Made by a program: the position numbers and the translations under genes. This document shows positions 59,755 to 64,000 of a DNA stretch of 64,000 bases, piece by piece (positions within the stretch are counted from its first letter, which is position 1; each line of letters opens with the position of its first letter). Under the pieces are notes generated by a model. The model had not been told where the DNA came from. It did no database searches and was given only the letters and a program-made list of their open reading frames with translations. Origin of the DNA: Acidobacteriota bacterium (GTDB taxonomy: Bacteria > Acidobacteriota > UBA890 > WLXD01); contig CBDFKD010000002.1 in assembly GCA_965248695.1 (NCBI GenBank), positions 672,001 through 736,000 on the forward strand. The letters are read 5' to 3'.

Positions 59755-61224
59755 CTACTCCATCGTCAGCTGGACGAAGCCATCCCAAACCTCGAGAAGC
59801 GTGGAGGTGTCCTCGTCAGCGTGGTTCGGGGTGATCAGGCACATGTTGTAGTACGGCGAGATCAGCACGCCGTGGTTCCAGAAGTAGGCGTGGGACAGCT
59901 CGAAGAGTCCGCCGAAGCCGAGCTGGACGAGGCCGGAGATGGGGTCGCTGACGGTGTCCGGGATGAACTGATAGCAGATCCGGTTGCCCATGGTCTCGAT
60001 CCTGAACGGCGCCTGGTGGCGTTCGACACTCTCCTGCATGCCTGTTTTGATGGCGCCGGACGTGGTGTCGATCCTGGCGAACGTGTCGTCCGTCAGCACC
60101 TGCTCCAGGGTGGCGCGAAGCGCCAGCGTAGAGAGGCCATTGCCGCACGAGGCGGTGCCGAGGAAGCCGAAGCCGGCGATGGAGAAGAACCCGGCGTCGG
60201 TGTGATCGCGCTCGACCTTGGCGGCGATCTCCTCGGTCATGCCGAAGACGGCGCCCGGCACTCCACTTGATATCGATTTCCCGCAGGTCCAGAAATCACC
60301 GGAGATTCCGAGGTGCCCGACCATGCCGCGTGGCCCCTGGCTGATCGTGTGGGTCTCGTCGTAGCACAGCAGCGTGCCGTATTTGTCGCACAACTCCCTT
60401 AGCCCCTCGTGCCAACCGGGCAGCGGCCACGCCCAACCGAAGTTGGACATCACCGGCTCCAGCATCACGCAGGCGACGCTTCGGTCCTGGAGGACCTCCT
60501 CGACGCTCTCGAGGTCGTTCCAGTTGAAGATCTTCGTCCCCTGGTCGACGTCTCCATGGTAGATGTCGAGGTCGTGGAAACGCGCAATACGGCCGGGCTC
60601 CGGCATGAACTTCAGGGTCTCGTCAATCGTGCCGTGATAGGTGAAGTTCGGAATCGCGATATTGCGCCGGCCCGTGTGGTGGCGCGCGATCGCCAGCACG
60701 AAGCGGTTGGCGTCGCTGGCCGAGAGCGCATGCATCCAGTGGCTGAGACCGAAGCGCTCCGCGAGCAGCCGCGTGGCGACCAGCGCGTCCTCGTTGCACA
60801 TCATGGTGGAGATCCCATCGGCGGTCAGACGCGCCGCGAGCACGGCATGCACAGGGTTGTCTGGCGCGCGCCCGAACATGTCGGGCGAGTCCCCGAGATT
60901 GAGGTCGAGATACTCGTTGCCGTCGACGTCCCAGAGCTTGTTGCCGGCCGAGCGCTCGGCGTACAACAGGTGCGGTGTCTCCCAGTCCTTCTGTCCGGTG
61001 GCAAAGACGCCCCAGGGCATCGAGGCCCGTCCCTGGTCCTGCAATTGCTCGGACCCGGGCGTGCGATTCATCCACGCCGCCATGTGCTCTCGAGCCAACG
61101 CGAGCAGCGTCTCCTGCGGCTTCACGCCCGGCAGCACGGGGAAGACCGTCGAAAGGTCGCCGGGGTCGGCATCGGAGGCCCATTTCCGGGCCTTTTCCAG
61201 CGGAAACGGACGATTGGACGCCAT
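59755..61224 (-). CDS. Class III aminotransferase (GSA aminomutase-like)
   Basis: WDVDGNEYLD, YHG, DETHT and PLP-lysine GKS motifs. Confidence 0.88.
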   Translation of the reverse strand: MASNRPFPLEKARKWASDADPGDLSTVFPVLPGVKPQETLLALAREHMAAWMNRTPGSEQLQDQGRASMPWGVFATGQKDWETPHLLYAERSAGNKLWDVDGNEYLDLNLGDSPDMFGRAPDNPVHAVLAARLTADGISTMMCNEDALVATRLLAERFGLSHWMHALSASDANRFVLAIARHHTGRRNIAIPNFTYHGTIDETLKFMPEPGRIARFHDLDIYHGDVDQGTKIFNWNDLESVEEVLQDRSVACVMLEPVMSNFGWAWPLPGWHEGLRELCDKYGTLLCYDETHTISQGPRGMVGHLGISGDFWTCGKSISSGVPGAVFGMTEEIAAKVERDHTDAGFFSIAGFGFLGTASCGNGLSTLALRATLEQVLTDDTFARIDTTSGAIKTGMQESVERHQAPFRIETMGNRICYQFIPDTVSDPISGLVQLGFGGLFELSHAYFWNHGVLISPYYNMCLITPNHADEDTSTLLEVWDGFVQLTME

Positions 61225-61271
61225 CGCGCCTTCCTGCAAGCCCCTTCCCGGCGGGAAGGAAACCGGGCGAT

Positions 61272-61532
61272 TCACCGACCGGGGCCCAGAGGTGCGAGGG
61301 TTCGGAAGCTCTGGCAGTCATCCAGGTAGTAGGTGCCAGCGGGCTCACCCGCCTCGGGGATCACAGCGATCTGCTTGGCGCCGCGCACGCGAGCCCATTT
61401 CGACAGGTCGCCCGATTCGAAGTCGTCGGCGAGAATGGACTGATAGAAATCCTGCGCCCGCGTCCCGGGGACCAGCAGCAGAGAAAACCCCAGCAGCGGC
61501 GCGGCTACGTGCTTCAAACGATCGTTGATCAT
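61272..61532 (-). CDS. Small secreted protein or truncated gene
   Basis: AGGAG RBS, signal peptide and ADDFESGDLSKW motif. Confidence 0.5.
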   Translation of the reverse strand: MINDRLKHVAAPLLGFSLLLVPGTRAQDFYQSILADDFESGDLSKWARVRGAKQIAVIPEAGEPAGTYYLDDCQSFRTLAPLGPGR

Positions 61533-61545
61533 GCTCCTCACCCTT

Positions 61546-62109
61546 CTAGTGGCCTGTAACAGATGATCGTTGCCTATCGCAGATGGGATTTGCGGGTGAG
61601 ATCAAGGCGCGGCGACGCTGACGATGTTAGCAGGCCGTGGTGAGAGTGTGATGGGTCTGGCAAGTGGGACTTACGGGCGAGGGCAAGGATCGACGACGAG
61701 GCGATGCTGGCGTCATCGTGCAGGAGGAGAGACGCTGCCATCGCCCGCAACTCCCGCTTGCCCGAAGGGTTGTGCCGCCAAGGGCGCATCTCCAGCGTTG
61801 CCGCTCCTAGATGATGCACGACGGCATCACCGGCGGCGCGGCACCTTGGATCTACGCCCTTGGCGGCACAACCAGACCCATCACACTCTCACCACGGCCT
61901 GCTGGGACATCATCGAGGAGGTGCAACGCCGAGATCGCCCGCAACTGCCCATCTGTCCACAGGCCCATCGAAAGAACAGTGGCGAACTGGGCCCGTCTGC
62001 CCCGTTGCTCCTCCTCGATAATGGGCAAACATTGTCTCGTCGGACCGCCTGGCATCCGGGCCCATTTCGCCACCACGATAGGCAACGATCATCTGTTACA
62101 GGCCACTAG
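61546..62109. mobile_element. Non-autonomous foldback MITE-like element, 564 bp including terminal CTAGs
   Basis: Perfect 34-bp terminal inverted repeats and a perfect 32-bp internal inverted repeat. No transposase. Confidence 0.85.
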
Positions 62110-62212
62110 ATCCAGACCGCCGCCAGGCGGCGCCTCAGAGTTTGTCGGTGCTGGTGACGCTCGTGTTTCGGCGGCAGCATATGGCGACCGCGGCCGTCAA
62201 CCGGAACGTGCC

Positions 62213-63655
62213 GTGAGCCCGATCGGCGTCGCCATCGTCCTGTTCGTTGCCGCCACCATGTGGGTCGGCATCCGCACCTGGGCCAAGATCAAGGGACGGG
62301 CGACCAACTACTACGTCGCCGGCAACGCCATGGGCGTGTCGGTGATCGGCGTCACGCTGTGTGCGCAGGCGTTCGACGCCAACGGTTCGATGGGCAACGC
62401 ATCGCTCGCCCACGCGGGTGGTTTCTGGGCGGGCGCGGCGATCCCCATCGGACTAGCGCTGTGCCTGTTCTTCACCGGCGCGGTGTTCGCCGAGCCTATC
62501 CATCGGATGCGCTTGCTGACACTGGCCGACTTCTACCGCCGTAGATACAGCCAGAGCACCGAGACGCTGGCGGCGCTCAACATGCTGGTCGGCAACATCG
62601 TCCTGGTGGCCGGCAACCTGGCCGGCCTCGGCCTGCTGCTGGATCTGGTTTTCGGCGTCGCTTACCTACCGATGCTGGTGGTGATCGCCCTCTGCATCCT
62701 TACCTACGCAGTTACGGGAGGCCTCTACGCCACCATCACCACCAGCGTGCTGCAGGTGGGGATGTTCATCGTCAGCACCGTCATCGGTTTCGCCTGGCTC
62801 GCTGGCACCTTCGGCTGGAGCACGCTGATGGCGAATGTGCCGGCGAGCTTCACCGATCTGTCGGGACTGATGAACCGCGAGCAGGGATCGCTGGTCACCT
62901 GGGCGTCGCTGGTGTCGCTCGCCCTCGGCGACGTCGTGGCGATCGACTTCATCCAACGCGTCATCTCGGCCGATTCGGCGCGGACGGCGAAACGCGGCTG
63001 CTACATCGCCGGGGCGATCACCCTCGTCATTGGCCTCATGGTGACCTTCATCGGGCTGGCGGCGTTCCACTTCGGCACCCCGGACAGCCGCTTCCTGCTG
63101 GTGGACGTGGCACTCAATGAGATGCCGGTGCTCATCGGCGGTCTGATCCTGCTGGGTGTGATCGCGGCAAGCATGTCGACCGCCGCCGGCGTCGTGCTCG
63201 ATCTCGCCAACGTGCTCACGCGCAACCTGATCCAGGGGCGCTCGTCGCACACCTGGGACGATGCGGAGCTGTTGCGGGTCTCCCGCTTGATTGCCCTTCC
63301 GACGATGGCGGCGTCGGCGGTGTTCGCTTACTTCCGTCCGGACCCGGGCGTTCTGCTCATTCTCGCGTTCGACATCGTGCTAGCCAGCTGCTTCGTACCT
63401 CTGGTGCTCGGGCTGTTCTGGCGAAGGTCGAATACCCCGGCCGCGGTGGTCGCCATCGTTGGCGGAGCCGCGGCGCGGCTGACGTTGCACTTCGCGGTGC
63501 CCGAAGCCTGGGCCGGAATGGAGACGCTCATTCCGCCGCTGGTCAGCTTGGCGCTGTTCGTCATCGTCGCCAACACGACGCAAGGCTCGGCGCCACCGAA
63601 GCACGATGCGCTGACCTACGTGCCGTCAGAGGAGGAGCTCGTCCGCGGCAGGTGA
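62213..63655 (+). CDS. Sodium:solute symporter family protein
   Basis: YYVAG, TLADFYRRRY, GGL.A..T, QRVISA and AASMST motifs. Confidence 0.9.
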   Translation: MSPIGVAIVLFVAATMWVGIRTWAKIKGRATNYYVAGNAMGVSVIGVTLCAQAFDANGSMGNASLAHAGGFWAGAAIPIGLALCLFFTGAVFAEPIHRMRLLTLADFYRRRYSQSTETLAALNMLVGNIVLVAGNLAGLGLLLDLVFGVAYLPMLVVIALCILTYAVTGGLYATITTSVLQVGMFIVSTVIGFAWLAGTFGWSTLMANVPASFTDLSGLMNREQGSLVTWASLVSLALGDVVAIDFIQRVISADSARTAKRGCYIAGAITLVIGLMVTFIGLAAFHFGTPDSRFLLVDVALNEMPVLIGGLILLGVIAASMSTAAGVVLDLANVLTRNLIQGRSSHTWDDAELLRVSRLIALPTMAASAVFAYFRPDPGVLLILAFDIVLASCFVPLVLGLFWRRSNTPAAVVAIVGGAAARLTLHFAVPEAWAGMETLIPPLVSLALFVIVANTTQGSAPPKHDALTYVPSEEELVRGR

Positions 63656-63670
63656 TCGAAATGATGCCGC

Positions 63671-64000
63671 TCAATCGCCGCCACGCGGCTCCAAGCGCAG
63701 GATCGGCGTCGCCGGCGGCTTGCCGTCGACCGGAAGGCCATCGATGGCCAAGTAGATATACCCGTCCAGCCCCTGGCGGATGTCGCGGATGCGACCCTTT
63801 CCGTGCAGCAGCGTTTCCTCGAGAACGACTCGCTGCCCGTCCAGGGCGAGGCGGGCGAGCTGCTCACCCTTCAGGCCGCCGACGAAGAGGCTCCCTCGCC
63901 AGGCGGGAAAGCGGTCGCCGTCGTAGATGAGCAGTCCGGACGTGGCGATCGATGGCACCCAGATATGCGCGGGTTGCTCCATGCGCTCCTGATGAGTTCC
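63671..64000 (-). CDS. PQQ-dependent sugar dehydrogenase, C-terminal part (window-truncated)
   Basis: WVPSIATSGL..YDGDRFPAW and GRIRDIRQGLDG motifs. Confidence 0.88.
   Translation of the reverse strand, partial: GTHQERMEQPAHIWVPSIATSGLLIYDGDRFPAWRGSLFVGGLKGEQLARLALDGQRVVLEETLLHGKGRIRDIRQGLDGYIYLAIDGLPVDGKPPATPILRLEPRGGD

Noticed and set aside
61811-62212. N-terminal extension of the symporter and small ORFs within the MITE
   Set aside because: These are chance open frames across the repeat element. Symporter homology starts near GTG 62213.

Overview
GC-rich bacterial chromosomal window. The ADOP/MacB-type permease fragments and the 'ADDFESGDLSKW' motif suggest Acidobacteriota (inference). 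About 1-25 kb is housekeeping and envelope genes: hydrolase, M1 peptidase, dacB, fdhD, SCO, a beta-oxidation trio, TonB receptor, M20 dipeptidase and Mrp. It also holds a probable AhpD/CMD-like selenoprotein (CxxU followed by a SECIS-like hairpin). A lexA-imuA-imuB SOS mutagenesis cassette is separated from dnaE2 by about 16 kb, yet both halves carry the same 15-bp palindromic operator candidate (ACAGACATTTGTCTG). The intervening DNA holds a broken permease, an IS3-family element and a heavily deleted prophage (terminases, toxin-antitoxin pair, portal, repressor, methylase and antirestriction fragments, att-like end). After a second copy of the IS lies a possible split vitamin K-dependent carboxylase-like (HTTM) gene pair directly behind a secreted beta-propeller with a Glu-rich tract, followed by korAB. 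A 564-bp foldback MITE-like element with CTAG ends occurs at 61.5 kb, and a 25-bp collapsed footprint with the same ends occurs at 22.6 kb. No rRNA, tRNA or CRISPR array was recognised. All product calls come from motif recognition by eye, not from database searches.
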